Source: Dongiaceae bacterium
GTDB lineage: Bacteria; Verrucomicrobiota; Verrucomicrobiia; Limisphaerales; JAFMIX01
Direction of reading: 5' to 3'
Assembly: GCA_035492855.1 (NCBI GenBank)
Contig: DATJIU010000012.1
Location: forward strand, 3,053 to 67,052
Length of the DNA: 64,000 nt
The notes beneath the pieces are model-generated. The model was not told the DNA's origin and made no database searches. It saw nothing but the letters and a program-made list of their open reading frames with translations. Shown piece by piece: positions 10,542 through 21,025 of this stretch. The stretch's first letter is position 1; the number at the start of each line of letters is the position of its first letter. Made by a program: the position numbers and the translations under genes.

Positions 10542-11756
10542 ACTTCAGGACTTCAGGAATTGATTCGCCCAGCATTCCCATTATCTCACCAGGCTCGGGT
10601 TGAGTCGAATGGTAAACGGTCACCCAGATATTTCATGTCCCCAGGCCCGTCGCAGCAAAATCCCTGGCCGACCGCAAAACGCATGTCGCCAATCCCGCGC
10701 TCCCCTGACGCCTCTCTGGCGGCACCGACACCGGCGCTTCGCGCCCTTGGGCGTTTTACCTTGGTCGCTAAACCCTCCGACTTACTCGACCGTTGGGCCG
10801 CGTGGCTCGAATCACCGCGACTGAGTCCGTCTTTCCCAGCCAAAGGTTGGCTCCCTCCGGGTATGCCAGGCGTTCAAGATCTGGTAATCGCAAATGGCAT
10901 CAGGAGTGAAGTGCCGGTTTGCACCTCGAAATGAGGCGCAACCTGATACTCACCGGGTGAAATGTCCACGCTCCGCCGATAGTGGTCCCGGCGCATCTTC
11001 GAATCAATGACCTCAGCAGTAATGTAAATACGTTCCAAAGGAGGAGGCCATTGGCTCGATTGCGGTTTTCGCTGAAACCCAATCCAATGCTTGGACTAAC
11101 ACAGCAGTTGTCTCGAAAGTTGAGTTTGTTCAGGATGAACCGGGTTTCACATCAAACTTTGCGCTGCTTCGACGGCCAAATTCTGCCCCCATAATTCCTC
11201 CATAACTTTTTTGCCGTGGCATGCCGACCGACACCGTTATATTTAGTTTCCCTGGGAAAATAGCGTTTATTGATCTGCGAAAATGACTCAAATCTGACTG
11301 CGGATCAGCAGTTAGGGGTTCAATCCTTCATGGGTGCACCACTTGCGACGATTCCAATTGCGGAAGAGCCTCGTCCTCCCGTTCTCCCAAAATTCCCTCA
11401 GGGCCGAGAAGCTCGCAGGTTGATCGTGAGTCCTTGCTATAACAGAATTCGGCAACCAAAACCTGCTTCTTGGGAAAACGGAAGCCACAGCCAACTCTGG
11501 ATGACCGAGTGCGGCACGCTTGCCCCGCCATTTTGGCGCATTTGCCCCGCGACGCTACCTTGAATTCCTGTTATAAACTCTCAGATAATGAACCTTCGTT
11601 TAAAGACTTTGGGGCCCGGCCTCACCCCGAAGGCCACCCCGACGCTGGAACTCGAATTGCTGAATCTAGCCCAGCGCCCGCCGGTTGCCCTGGCATCCCT
11701 GCCAGGCCTTGCCGCCTCCTGGCGGTAGAATATTTCCTGAATTTCGCCCCGACGAT

Positions 11757-14252
11757 ATGACTGCGAATGGTTTCAAAGTGACGTTGGCTTTGCTGGGGCT
11801 TGGTCTCGCCCTTCCGGTTTCGGCCCAACTCCAAACTCTCGATCTCAGTGGGACGTGGCAGTTGACTCAAAATAATCAGTCGAACGCCATCGTCGCCCAA
11901 GTGCCGGGCAACGTACATCTCGACCTGTTGCGCGTCGGGAAGATTCCCGATCCGTTCTATCGCGACAATGCCGCCTCACTGGACTGGGTTTACCAGGCGA
12001 CCTGGGCTTATGAACGCTCGTTCGAGATCGCTCCCGCCCTGCTCCAACACGACTGTGTCCGGCTGCGCTGCGAGGGACTCGACACCGTAGCGCACCTGGA
12101 AGTGAACGGCCAAGCGCTGGCAGATACGGACAATATGTATCGCACTTGGGAATTTGACGTGAAGAAATTGTTGCATGCGGGCCGGAACCAAATCCGAATC
12201 ACGTTTACTCCCATTCAGCCTTACATTGAGGCTTTCCAAAAGCGCGCCCCGAAAGTCCCCAACGCCACGGGCATCGACATTTCGAACATCCGCAAGTCGC
12301 CCTACATGAATAGCTGGGATTTTTGCGCCCGGTTTCTTCCCTGCGGGATTTACCGGCCGATTTCCCTCATCGCCTACAACACGGCGCGCATTGGCGATAT
12401 CCGGATAGATCAGGATTTGAAGGATCCCAAGGTCGCGCACCTGGCGGTAGCAGTGTTGGCCGAAAGCATCGGCACCCCCCAGCTCGAAGCCCGGGTAGTG
12501 GTCCGGTACAAGGGCAAGGTGGTGAGCCGCCAGCACGCGGCATTCACCGGCGACCGGGCCACCGTGCCACTGGACATCCCGCACCCGCGGCTTTGGTGGC
12601 CCAACGGCATGGGCGATCACCCGCTCTACACCGTGTCCGTGGAAGTGCGCGATCACGCGGGGCGGGTCATTGATGCCTCCGAGCGTCGCATTGGCCTGCG
12701 AACTTTGGAACTTTTGCCCAAGACGGACCAGCGTCCGTTGCGGCTTGCGGTCAACGGCTTGGAGATCTATGCCAAGGGCGCGGATTGGATTCCCCTCGAT
12801 GTTTTTCCCAGTCGGGTCACCCCGGAAAAAATCGCCCGCTACATTGACGATGCGGTGGCCGTGAACATGAACATGTTGCGCGTCTGGGGCGGCGGCTATT
12901 ATCCCGAGGACGCGTTCTTCGATGCCTGTGATGAAAAAGGCATTCTGGTCTGGTCGGAATTCTGTTTTGCCTGCGCCCCGTATCCGGGGAACAATCCGGA
13001 ATTCGTAGAGAACATTCGCGCCGAGGTGGCCGATCAGGTGCGCCGGCTGCGACATCATCCCGCCGTCGCCGTCTGGTGCGGCAACAATGAAGTGGAAGGA
13101 TTGATCACGGGTTACAAGCTGATCACCCGCGAGCAGTACGACCACCTGTTTCACGATATCATTGGCACCGAGGTGAAGGAGCTCTTTCCCGGGGCGAATT
13201 ATGTCGGGGGCAGTCCCGAAGCGGGCGATGAACACAACTGGTGGGTGTGGCACGTGGGAGCCGATTTTGAACATTATCGCCAGTCGCACGGCTGGATGAC
13301 TGAATTTGGTTTTCAGTCCTTCCCCGTCCCGGCAACGGTTCATGGTTACGCCGCCGCATCCGACTGCGACTCCGTGTTGAGCGAGATCAACCGGTTTCAC
13401 CAGAAAAACGGCAATGGCAAGGGCAACGAGATGATCCTCGACAAGTTAAAAGTTTATTTCCGCCCGGCGAAGGATTTTGATTCCACACTGTGGCTCAGCC
13501 AGATTCTCCAGTCTTACGGCATGAACATCGGCATTGAGCACTGGCGCACCGACTGGCCCCAATCTAGCGGCTCGCTGGTCTGGCAATACGATGATTGCTG
13601 GCCGGGACCCTCCTGGGCCAGCGTGGATTATTACGGTCGCTGGAAGGCCGCGCAATACGGCTACCGGCATGCCTTTGCGCCCGTGATGATTGCCGGCCTG
13701 GCTGATCCCAAACAAAATACCGTGCAGGTGAAAATCGCCAGCGACTTGATGCATCCCGTCCGGGCGCACATTGAATGGTGGCTCTGCGACCTGGAGGGAA
13801 AGATTCGGGTCCAAGGCGCCAGCGATCTCGACCTGCCCGGCAGCACTTCAGCCTGCAATGGTCCGCTGCTCCGGTTGGGCGGGGAATTGCAGCAGCTCGG
13901 TCGCGAACACGCGCTGCTCCGGTTGAAAGTCACCACAGGCGGCCAGTCCGATTCGAATGTGGTTTTCTTCACCCGGCCGAAAGACCTGGATTTGATCGCC
14001 CCGCGGATTGCCACGCGCGTCACTGCGGCCAAAGGCGGCTATGATGTCACCCTCACTGCCGGGGCGCCGGCGCTCTGGGCCTGGGTGGACTGCGCCGATG
14101 CCGATGCCCGGTATTCGGATAATTTTGTGGCGTTGTTCCCCGGCGAGCCCGTCACCATTCACGTCACGCCTTCGCCGCTCCATCATATCAAAAACCTGGA
14201 CACCACCATTCAGGTGCGCAGTCTCTACGACACCTATAACTCCCCGAAGTGA
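11757..14252 (+). CDS. GH2 beta-mannosidase, secreted
   Basis: The start is taken at ATG 11757 (MTANGFKVTLALLGLGLALPVSAQ signal peptide). 'LDLSGTWQL...VPGNVHLDLLRVGKIPDPFYRDN' and 'NMLRVWGGGYYPEDAFFDACDEKGILVWSEF' are characteristic of beta-mannosidases. Confidence 0.85.
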   Translation: MTANGFKVTLALLGLGLALPVSAQLQTLDLSGTWQLTQNNQSNAIVAQVPGNVHLDLLRVGKIPDPFYRDNAASLDWVYQATWAYERSFEIAPALLQHDCVRLRCEGLDTVAHLEVNGQALADTDNMYRTWEFDVKKLLHAGRNQIRITFTPIQPYIEAFQKRAPKVPNATGIDISNIRKSPYMNSWDFCARFLPCGIYRPISLIAYNTARIGDIRIDQDLKDPKVAHLAVAVLAESIGTPQLEARVVVRYKGKVVSRQHAAFTGDRATVPLDIPHPRLWWPNGMGDHPLYTVSVEVRDHAGRVIDASERRIGLRTLELLPKTDQRPLRLAVNGLEIYAKGADWIPLDVFPSRVTPEKIARYIDDAVAVNMNMLRVWGGGYYPEDAFFDACDEKGILVWSEFCFACAPYPGNNPEFVENIRAEVADQVRRLRHHPAVAVWCGNNEVEGLITGYKLITREQYDHLFHDIIGTEVKELFPGANYVGGSPEAGDEHNWWVWHVGADFEHYRQSHGWMTEFGFQSFPVPATVHGYAAASDCDSVLSEINRFHQKNGNGKGNEMILDKLKVYFRPAKDFDSTLWLSQILQSYGMNIGIEHWRTDWPQSSGSLVWQYDDCWPGPSWASVDYYGRWKAAQYGYRHAFAPVMIAGLADPKQNTVQVKIASDLMHPVRAHIEWWLCDLEGKIRVQGASDLDLPGSTSACNGPLLRLGGELQQLGREHALLRLKVTTGGQSDSNVVFFTRPKDLDLIAPRIATRVTAAKGGYDVTLTAGAPALWAWVDCADADARYSDNFVALFPGEPVTIHVTPSPLHHIKNLDTTIQVRSLYDTYNSPK

Positions 14253-14344
14253 CGCCCGGTATGTCCGGGCTGCGGCGTTCAGCTTTCGGGAGGCGCGGGT
14301 CGGGATCCGGGGCCCGCATTGAAACCTGTTGCCGAAAATTCGCG

Positions 14345-15766
14345 ATGAAACCCCTGACCAAAGCCATTTGCCTGTTGCTGGTCTCCCAGGGATTGTCCCT
14401 TGGAGCGCTGGCGGCGGAACTCCAATTTGGGCCTGCTTTCACGTCGGGCATGGTTCTCCAGCGGGAAACGCCAATCCACATCACCGGGGAGGGGCCTGCT
14501 GGCCGCGAGATTACGGTCTCACTGGGTGCCCAACAACAAACCGCAAAAATTGACGCGGCGGGGCAGTGGCAAGTCATATTTGATCCCATGTTCGCCGGGG
14601 GGGCCTATCGGTTGCAAGTCACTGCCGGCAATACGCAAGTCACGCTTGAAGACGTGCTCATCGGCGATGTCTGGCTGTTCTCCGGCCAGTCAAACATGCA
14701 GCTGGGGCTGGGAGAAGCGCTGGGCGGCAGTGCGGCCCTGGCCGCCGCACAATCCAATGCTCCGGTGCGCTTGTTAAGTGTGCCCAAAGCCGGGGCCGCC
14801 ACCCCACAGGAGAATTTGGGAGCCGCTTGGGTGCATTGCTCCCCCAAAGCGCTGCGCCGGTTTTCCGCGGTGGCCTGGTTCTGCGCGACCCGGCTGCGTC
14901 AGGATTCCGCGCTGACGAACATCCCGCTGGGGCTCATTGACAGCAGCTTCGGCGGCTCCGCCATTGAAGCTTGGATGCCAGTCGAAACACTGCCGCATCT
15001 GCCCGAGAATCAACGGAGTGCCTCGATGTTCGGGATTCCTCCGGGCCAGCTGTACAACCAGATGATTTTTCCGCTGCGGGCGTACCGGATCAAAGGGGTC
15101 TGCTGGTATCAAGGCGAAGCGAATGCCGGTCACCCGGCGGATTATGCGCAATTGCTGCAAAATCTTATTGCCCAATGGCGGCGCCAGTGGCAACAGCCGG
15201 ATCTGCCCTTTTTTATCGTGCAGCTTCCTGCCTACGCCGGGCGGGTGGACGGGCTTGATTTTAGCTGGCTGCGCGAAGCCCAGGCCCAGGCGTGCCGGGA
15301 AACTTCCCGAACGTGGCTCGCCGTGACCTTTGACACCACCGCGGGATTTGATCTGCATCCGAGCGAAAAGCAGGAGATTAGCCGGCGCCTTGCGCTGCTG
15401 ATCCGGCAGGAAGTTTACGGGGAGGACCTGCCGGCGCACGGTCCCGGCCTGGAGAGTGTCAAAACTGAAGCCGATGCGGTGCGCGTCACTTTTGACCAAC
15501 CTGTGACCGTACCCCCGGGAGAAACCCCGGTTGGTTTCGAATTGGCGGGCGCGGACGGCGAATACTATTACGCCCACGCCGAAATCACCGGCTGCCAGGG
15601 CCTCCTGCGTGCCGCCAGCGTTCCGGCTCCGGAAACCGTGCGTTATGCCTGGGGCCCCCAGCCCCGGGCCAATCTGACCAGCCTGATCAGCCTGCCCGCC
15701 ACCCCGTTCCGAACCGACCACCAGACGCCGGACACCTTGGTTTTTCAACCGCTCCCGGAGCTCTAG
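14345..15766 (+). CDS. Sialate O-acetylesterase-like SGNH-type carbohydrate esterase, secreted
   Basis: The start is taken at ATG 14345 (MKPLTKAICLLLVSQGLSLGALA). 'GDVWLFSGQSNM' and 'KGVCWYQGEANAG' are motifs of the 9-O-acetylesterase family. Confidence 0.8.
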   Translation: MKPLTKAICLLLVSQGLSLGALAAELQFGPAFTSGMVLQRETPIHITGEGPAGREITVSLGAQQQTAKIDAAGQWQVIFDPMFAGGAYRLQVTAGNTQVTLEDVLIGDVWLFSGQSNMQLGLGEALGGSAALAAAQSNAPVRLLSVPKAGAATPQENLGAAWVHCSPKALRRFSAVAWFCATRLRQDSALTNIPLGLIDSSFGGSAIEAWMPVETLPHLPENQRSASMFGIPPGQLYNQMIFPLRAYRIKGVCWYQGEANAGHPADYAQLLQNLIAQWRRQWQQPDLPFFIVQLPAYAGRVDGLDFSWLREAQAQACRETSRTWLAVTFDTTAGFDLHPSEKQEISRRLALLIRQEVYGEDLPAHGPGLESVKTEADAVRVTFDQPVTVPPGETPVGFELAGADGEYYYAHAEITGCQGLLRAASVPAPETVRYAWGPQPRANLTSLISLPATPFRTDHQTPDTLVFQPLPEL

Positions 15767-15823
15767 CGCATTGAAGGGCCGTCCTACTGCATTGAGACCG
15801 GGCGGGGAGGATCAATCTCCAGC

Positions 15824-16216
15824 TTGATCGTGGGCGGCAAACAATTTCTCTCGAACGAATTGGATGGTGGCACGCGGATCCCGAGCGCCTTTGGTCCCCG
15901 CAATCTGGCCCATATCCGGCTCCTCGGCCCCCGCCAAATCTCGCTCGGCGATAATGAGGCGGAATTGACGCTTCACTGCGCTGACAATTCAATGACCTGG
16001 ACGGTGTCCAACCGGGGCAATAGCCCCATGACTTTTGAAATCGCGCTTGCCGCCTCCGTTACGACCCAGGTGACAGGCACCACCGCCACATTATCCCGTG
16101 GGGATATCCAACTGAGGGTTGAGGGAATTGCCGGCATTGAGAAAGGCGAGAGGATTTTGGCCAAGGTGTTGCCGCACGAAACGACCAGCCTGCATTGGGC
16201 TCTTACGGCCCCCTGA
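15824..16216 (+). CDS. Hypothetical beta-rich protein, or the detached C-terminal domain of the upstream esterase
   Basis: 130-aa ORF with a TTG start. It lies in the same reading frame as the esterase and is separated from it only by TAG 15764-15766 plus 19 sense codons. No family recognised. Confidence 0.35.
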   Translation: MIVGGKQFLSNELDGGTRIPSAFGPRNLAHIRLLGPRQISLGDNEAELTLHCADNSMTWTVSNRGNSPMTFEIALAASVTTQVTGTTATLSRGDIQLRVEGIAGIEKGERILAKVLPHETTSLHWALTAP

Positions 16217-16372
16217 CCGGAATCCCGCTGCTTCCATTTAGCCGGCAGATCAATGTTGCTGCAAGACCGCTTGATCTCGCGCCGTTGCTGCCGTGCGACA
16301 TCGCCGGGAAGTTCCATGGTTTTGCCGGCAATCACCCTCACGGCAACCCGATGATATTTCCAATTCCCGGTA

Positions 16373-18631
16373 TCACTTGAAATAATTGGGCGGGGCGTCG
16401 GCCGGAGCGCTGCCCCATTGCTCCTGCGGTTGCGGCCCCATCTCCAATTCCAGCACGCCGCCGGCGGTGATGGTTTCGTGGGTCAGCCAGGTCTTCGTGA
16501 AGGGTTGTCCATTGAGGCGCGCGGACTGGATGTATTCGTTCTCCGGGCTGTTGTGGTTGGCGCGGACGGTGAAGGTCCGGCCATTCGCGAAATGAATGAT
16601 GGTTTCCGGAAACAGCGGGCTTCCGATCAGGTAGCAGGGCGTGCCGGGACAGAAAGGATAAAATCCGGTGGCGCTGAAGACATACCAGGCGGACATTTCA
16701 CCGGTGTCCTCGTCGCCGACCATGCCGTCGGGGTTGTAGAGTTCATTCATAACCCGCCGCACGGCGTGCTGCGCCTTCCACGGCTGGCCGACGTAGTCGT
16801 AGAAATACAGCACATGATGGTCGGGCTCGTTAATGTGCGCATATTGACCCATTTTTGCGTATTCCACCTCGCGCATTTCGTGAATGAGGTGGCCATAGGT
16901 GCCGACCACGGTGGTGCTGGGCATGGTCAGCAATGCGTCGAGTTTGGCGGCCATGCCTGCGCGGCCCCCGAGCAGTTGCATCAGGCCGTAGGGATCCTGC
17001 TGGACGGACCATAACCATTGCCAGGCATTGCCCTCGATGTAGGCCCCGCCCCAGGCGAGCGGATTAAACGGTTCCTGCCAGGTGCCGTCGGAGAGTTTCC
17101 CGCGCATGAATCCGGTCTGCGCATCCCAGACGTTAGTGTAGTTTTTTGCGTGTTTGAACATTTCGGTCGCGATGTCCTCCTTGCCGGCCGCGCGGGCGAG
17201 GACGCCGACGCAATAATCATCGTAGGCATACTCCAGGGTGCAGGCGGTGGCCGCATCCTTGCGTTTGTCGGCCGGGACGTAGCCGTATTGGATGTCGTCT
17301 TCCACGTGGTCGCGGCCCGCCCAGGGGTTGCTTTTCATGGCATCCTGAAGCGTCGCGGCATGGGCATCCTGAAGATTGAAGGAACGCAGGCCCTTGACCC
17401 AAGCATCCGCAAAGATGGAGTCCGCGTGCGAACCGATCATGCAGGGCCGGTTGCCCGGACTGGGCCATTCCGGCAGGCTGCCGCCTTCGCGGTAGGCGTT
17501 CAACCAGCCCTCAAGAATATCCGCCCCCCGGTCCGGCGCGTAGAGCGTAAACAGGGGAAACGCCGCGCGAAAGGTGTCCCACAGTCCATCGTCGGTATAA
17601 AGCGGACCGTCGTGGATTTTGCCGTTGTCAAACGGGCTGTAATGCCGCCGGATTCTGTTCTGATCCAACTCGTAAAACATGCGGGGAAACTGGAGCGAAC
17701 GGTACAGCGCGGTATAGAAGGTGGCTTTCTGATCGGGCGCAGCGCCCTTGATTTCCACACGCGCGAGTTCCTTGGCCCAGGCGGCCTTCGATTTTTCCTT
17801 CGTGGCGGCAAAGTCCCAGGTGGGAATCTCCCGGCCCTGATTAACCGCGGCTTGCTCGTAGCCGATGAACGAGGTGGCGACGCGCAGTGCCACCGGTTGG
17901 TCCGCTTTGACTACGGCAAAGTGAACGGCGGCGGTGACCTGCTTGCCGTTTTGCTTCACGTCCACAGATGCGAAGGGCGAGTCAAACTCGGCTACGAAAT
18001 AGGTGCCAAAATCTCCGGGCGCGCCAAAGGTTACGTGGGTGGCCTTGCCCCGGATCTGATGCTTGGTGGCGTCGTAAGTGATATCAACCGTGCCCTCGTA
18101 GTTGAATACGACAGTGGCGGCGTTCGTATCGGGGAAGGTGAAATGCAGCAGCGCGCACCGTTCAGTGGGCGTCAATTCAAGCCGGGTGTGATAGCGTTCG
18201 AGATCCACGGAGTAATAGTAGGGCCGGGCGATCTCGTGCTCATGGCTGAACTGCGAGGCGCGGTCGTGCTGCGAGCCTTCCCAGGCGCCCACCACCGGCA
18301 TGATGAGGAAATCACCGTAGTCGCGGATCCAAATGCTCGGCTGGTGCGTGGCGCGGATGCCCTCGAACTGGGTGTGCTTAACCTGATAAAACGGGCTGGC
18401 GTTGCCATCAGTCTGCGGCGCCCAAGTGGTCATGCCGAACGGGGCAACAATGGCCACCACCGTATTACCGCGCGAGAATTCACTGTCGCCATTCGCGCCG
18501 GAGAGCGGATTGACGCAGTCCACGGGATCCCCGGTCAGCGTGGCAGCCGCCCAGCCAATGGAGCCGGAGGCCAACAGGACAAGGAGAATGTTCGCGAGCG
18601 ACGGAGGGGTGGGTTTCAAGCAGGTTGTCAT
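16373..18631 (-). CDS. GH92 alpha-mannosidase (alpha-1,2-mannosidase family), secreted
   Basis: 752 aa. 'GDEDTGEMSAWYVFSATGFYPFCPG' and 'GNAWQWLWSVQQD' match GH92 signature regions. N-terminal signal 'LANILLVLLASGSIGWA'. Confidence 0.9.
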   Translation of the reverse strand: MTTCLKPTPPSLANILLVLLASGSIGWAAATLTGDPVDCVNPLSGANGDSEFSRGNTVVAIVAPFGMTTWAPQTDGNASPFYQVKHTQFEGIRATHQPSIWIRDYGDFLIMPVVGAWEGSQHDRASQFSHEHEIARPYYYSVDLERYHTRLELTPTERCALLHFTFPDTNAATVVFNYEGTVDITYDATKHQIRGKATHVTFGAPGDFGTYFVAEFDSPFASVDVKQNGKQVTAAVHFAVVKADQPVALRVATSFIGYEQAAVNQGREIPTWDFAATKEKSKAAWAKELARVEIKGAAPDQKATFYTALYRSLQFPRMFYELDQNRIRRHYSPFDNGKIHDGPLYTDDGLWDTFRAAFPLFTLYAPDRGADILEGWLNAYREGGSLPEWPSPGNRPCMIGSHADSIFADAWVKGLRSFNLQDAHAATLQDAMKSNPWAGRDHVEDDIQYGYVPADKRKDAATACTLEYAYDDYCVGVLARAAGKEDIATEMFKHAKNYTNVWDAQTGFMRGKLSDGTWQEPFNPLAWGGAYIEGNAWQWLWSVQQDPYGLMQLLGGRAGMAAKLDALLTMPSTTVVGTYGHLIHEMREVEYAKMGQYAHINEPDHHVLYFYDYVGQPWKAQHAVRRVMNELYNPDGMVGDEDTGEMSAWYVFSATGFYPFCPGTPCYLIGSPLFPETIIHFANGRTFTVRANHNSPENEYIQSARLNGQPFTKTWLTHETITAGGVLELEMGPQPQEQWGSAPADAPPNYFK

Positions 18632-18910
18632 GGAGCGCCAGAATGTTCAAAACGGTCACCGATATCCCTCGGCCCGGTGATGGTTGGCCAATGTGCGGTG
18701 CAAGGGCACATGATACACGGCGAGGCCAAGTTGCAAAGGGGGGAAGGGTGCCAATCGTGAGGGGGCATTTGTGCCACCCGCGGGTGCGCGCGGGGCGGTC
18801 GGATCCCTGCTGGGCCTGCGGTGACGGGCTTGATTGTCGTTCCATCTGATTCTCAAATGCAAAAGGCGACTGGATGACTCCAGCCGCCTCCTGATTTTGT
18901 GCCTGCCCGC

Positions 18911-21025
18911 TTATTGCTGGGTGCGGAAGAACAGCCGACTGTTGGTCGGACTGACGCTATACGGCGACGTGGCGTCCGGAACCGGATCCCACGGTCCGGA
19001 AAGGTTGGGGGCCTGGAGCAGAGTGCCGCCAGTCCATTCCAACTGGATGTTGCCGCCCACCACGGTCAGGGTAATTGGCGAGGGCGGCTGGTTAACCACC
19101 TGGTTTAGCCCGCTCGCATAGAGCGAATAGACCTGGTTGGAGGACAGGGTTGATGTAAAGATGGCCACCTCGTCGATCTGGCCGTTGAAATTATTGTTGC
19201 CCAGCGCGCCTTCAAGGGGGTAGGTGCCGATGTATTCCGTGGCATCAAAGGCCTGCACCGGGTGGGTGGCGGTGTTGACCGCGGATTGTACGCCTTCGCT
19301 GTTGATGATGTAGAGGGTGGCATCGGTCGGGGAAACCGCCAAGGCCACCAGCGACCACTCGTCGTGCGGGGCGGTGATGCCGGAATTCCAGGACTGGATG
19401 CCAAAGTCATTGCCCCAACTGTAGCCGATGTTGCCATCCAGACCGCTGCTGTTCAGGTAACCGCCATCGTAACGGATGCCGCATACCATGTTGTTGGTCC
19501 CGGCGGTGAACACGATGCCTCCGTTGCCCTGGTTAAATTGCGGATAAATCCAGGCCGTAAAGGTTACCGTATTGGTATTCAGGTTCCACGGCGCCACCGG
19601 AAGCAAATCGTTCGGGTCGAGGAACTGGAACGTCGCCGCGTAATTCGTGCTGACGAATCCGGGAAAGGCGGTGTCGGGCGTGGGTCCGGGCTGGCCCAGA
19701 ACAGCGCTCGTGCCGTAGGTGCCATTTTTTCCACCAATGAAATCCCAGGCGTTGGTGCCGGAGGTTTCGTTCAGGCGATAATAATGCGCCGCACCCAAGG
19801 AACGGACGGTGGCTTCATAGAGCGAGCCGTCGGGATAGGCGATGCCCAGGGGCGCCACACTGCTGGTCACCGAGCCATAGACCGTGCTGGCGATGGCCTT
19901 ATAATTTCCGAGATTGGTGGGATCCACGCTGGAAATGAGGAGGTTGGTGGTCGTCGTCCCGGAAAAGGCTCCGCCGTCGGACAGACCAGCGTTGTTCCAC
20001 AACCAACGGTTGGTAGTCGTCACTCCGCCGATGTCGGTCACCGTGAATTGTGCCGGGTAGCCGGCGTATATGACCTGTTGATCGGGCACCGGGCCGGCCA
20101 GCCCCACGGCAATGACCGTCAACGTTGCCGGCGGACTGCTGGTGACGGCGCCGTTGTCATTCGACACGGAAACCACGTAATCCAGTCGATATGCGGGTGT
20201 GGCGTTGGAAATGACCAGGGAGGAGGTGTTCACCCCGGAGAAATCGCCGGCATTGGCCAGGTTGGTATAAATACCACTGCCCACCGCGCCAGCCATCCAT
20301 TGATAGGTGGGATCGGGATCCCCCATGGCCACCACGCTCATAGTTACAGTGGTACCGGCCGCCACGGTTTGATTGGTTGGAGACCCGTAGATGGCCGGTA
20401 TCGCGATCGGTCCTTCCTGACCGGCCCGGATGTCGGTATTCGCGGTGTCTTCGTAGGCATAATCAATCACCGTCATGGTTGGCAGCGCCAGGGTGTAATT
20501 CAGTTCCAGGTGCACCCAGCCATAATTGGTAGTGGCGGGATCGACGCTGTTATCCACCAGGGCCAGCGCCACGAACCCAAAGGTATCCTGTCCGGCCGGC
20601 CACTGCCCCACCGTGTTATTCTCGCCGTTCTGATAGAGATAGCCTTCGTTCTTGCTATGCTGGTCGGTGTAGCCAACGGCGACAGTGTTGGTATCCACGT
20701 CGAACTGGCTGGTGATGGTGGTACCAAAGGGGATCACCGGAACCCCGTTATTGTCGGTGTTGTCCGGAGTCATCACCAGCTCGTTCAGCACGTACGGGGT
20801 GGGAACGGACGTGACGTCGGTGCCCAAGACGCAGGGCTTGCTGGCATTGTTGTTATCGAAGAATACCTTGAAGTCGGTGGTGCCGTCAGTATTCAAATCG
20901 AAGTTATAACCGGAGTCGCTGGTGGCGACAGTCTGATTCACGGATTGGTACACGATGGCGCCGTGAGCCATGCCGGCCGCGAGCACAGAACTGGACGCGG
21001 CCAGGAGGGTTTTGTTTGCTTTCAT
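18911..21025 (-). CDS. Secreted multidomain protein with a paralog-shared N-domain, two Ig-like domains, a LamG (concanavalin-like) domain and a C-terminal beta-sandwich
   Basis: The start is taken at ATG 21025 (MKANKTLLAASSSVLAAGMAHG). Ig-like blocks include 'QTVAAGTTVTMSVVAMGDPDPTYQW'. The LamG-like block runs from 'FTAWIYPQFN...' through 'WSLVALAV...' to '...FNGQIDEVAIF'. The C-terminal motif is 'LQAPNLSGPWDPV...FFR'. Confidence 0.75.
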   Translation of the reverse strand: MKANKTLLAASSSVLAAGMAHGAIVYQSVNQTVATSDSGYNFDLNTDGTTDFKVFFDNNNASKPCVLGTDVTSVPTPYVLNELVMTPDNTDNNGVPVIPFGTTITSQFDVDTNTVAVGYTDQHSKNEGYLYQNGENNTVGQWPAGQDTFGFVALALVDNSVDPATTNYGWVHLELNYTLALPTMTVIDYAYEDTANTDIRAGQEGPIAIPAIYGSPTNQTVAAGTTVTMSVVAMGDPDPTYQWMAGAVGSGIYTNLANAGDFSGVNTSSLVISNATPAYRLDYVVSVSNDNGAVTSSPPATLTVIAVGLAGPVPDQQVIYAGYPAQFTVTDIGGVTTTNRWLWNNAGLSDGGAFSGTTTTNLLISSVDPTNLGNYKAIASTVYGSVTSSVAPLGIAYPDGSLYEATVRSLGAAHYYRLNETSGTNAWDFIGGKNGTYGTSAVLGQPGPTPDTAFPGFVSTNYAATFQFLDPNDLLPVAPWNLNTNTVTFTAWIYPQFNQGNGGIVFTAGTNNMVCGIRYDGGYLNSSGLDGNIGYSWGNDFGIQSWNSGITAPHDEWSLVALAVSPTDATLYIINSEGVQSAVNTATHPVQAFDATEYIGTYPLEGALGNNNFNGQIDEVAIFTSTLSSNQVYSLYASGLNQVVNQPPSPITLTVVGGNIQLEWTGGTLLQAPNLSGPWDPVPDATSPYSVSPTNSRLFFRTQQ

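Noticed and set aside
11312-11341. tRNA-like 3' end (GGGGTTCAATCC...TGGGTGCACCA)
   Set aside because: It is not a tRNA gene. The putative T-stem pairs poorly (two G-U pairs and one mismatch). No complementary 5' acceptor strand (GCACCCA) and no anticodon arm lie in the preceding 75 nt. I kept it only as a possible att-site remnant in the finding for 10542-11756.
17018-18760. 580-aa plus-strand ORF
   Set aside because: It is fully antisense to the GH92 gene, whose translation carries clear family motifs. The antisense product is R/G/A/V-rich with no domain signature.
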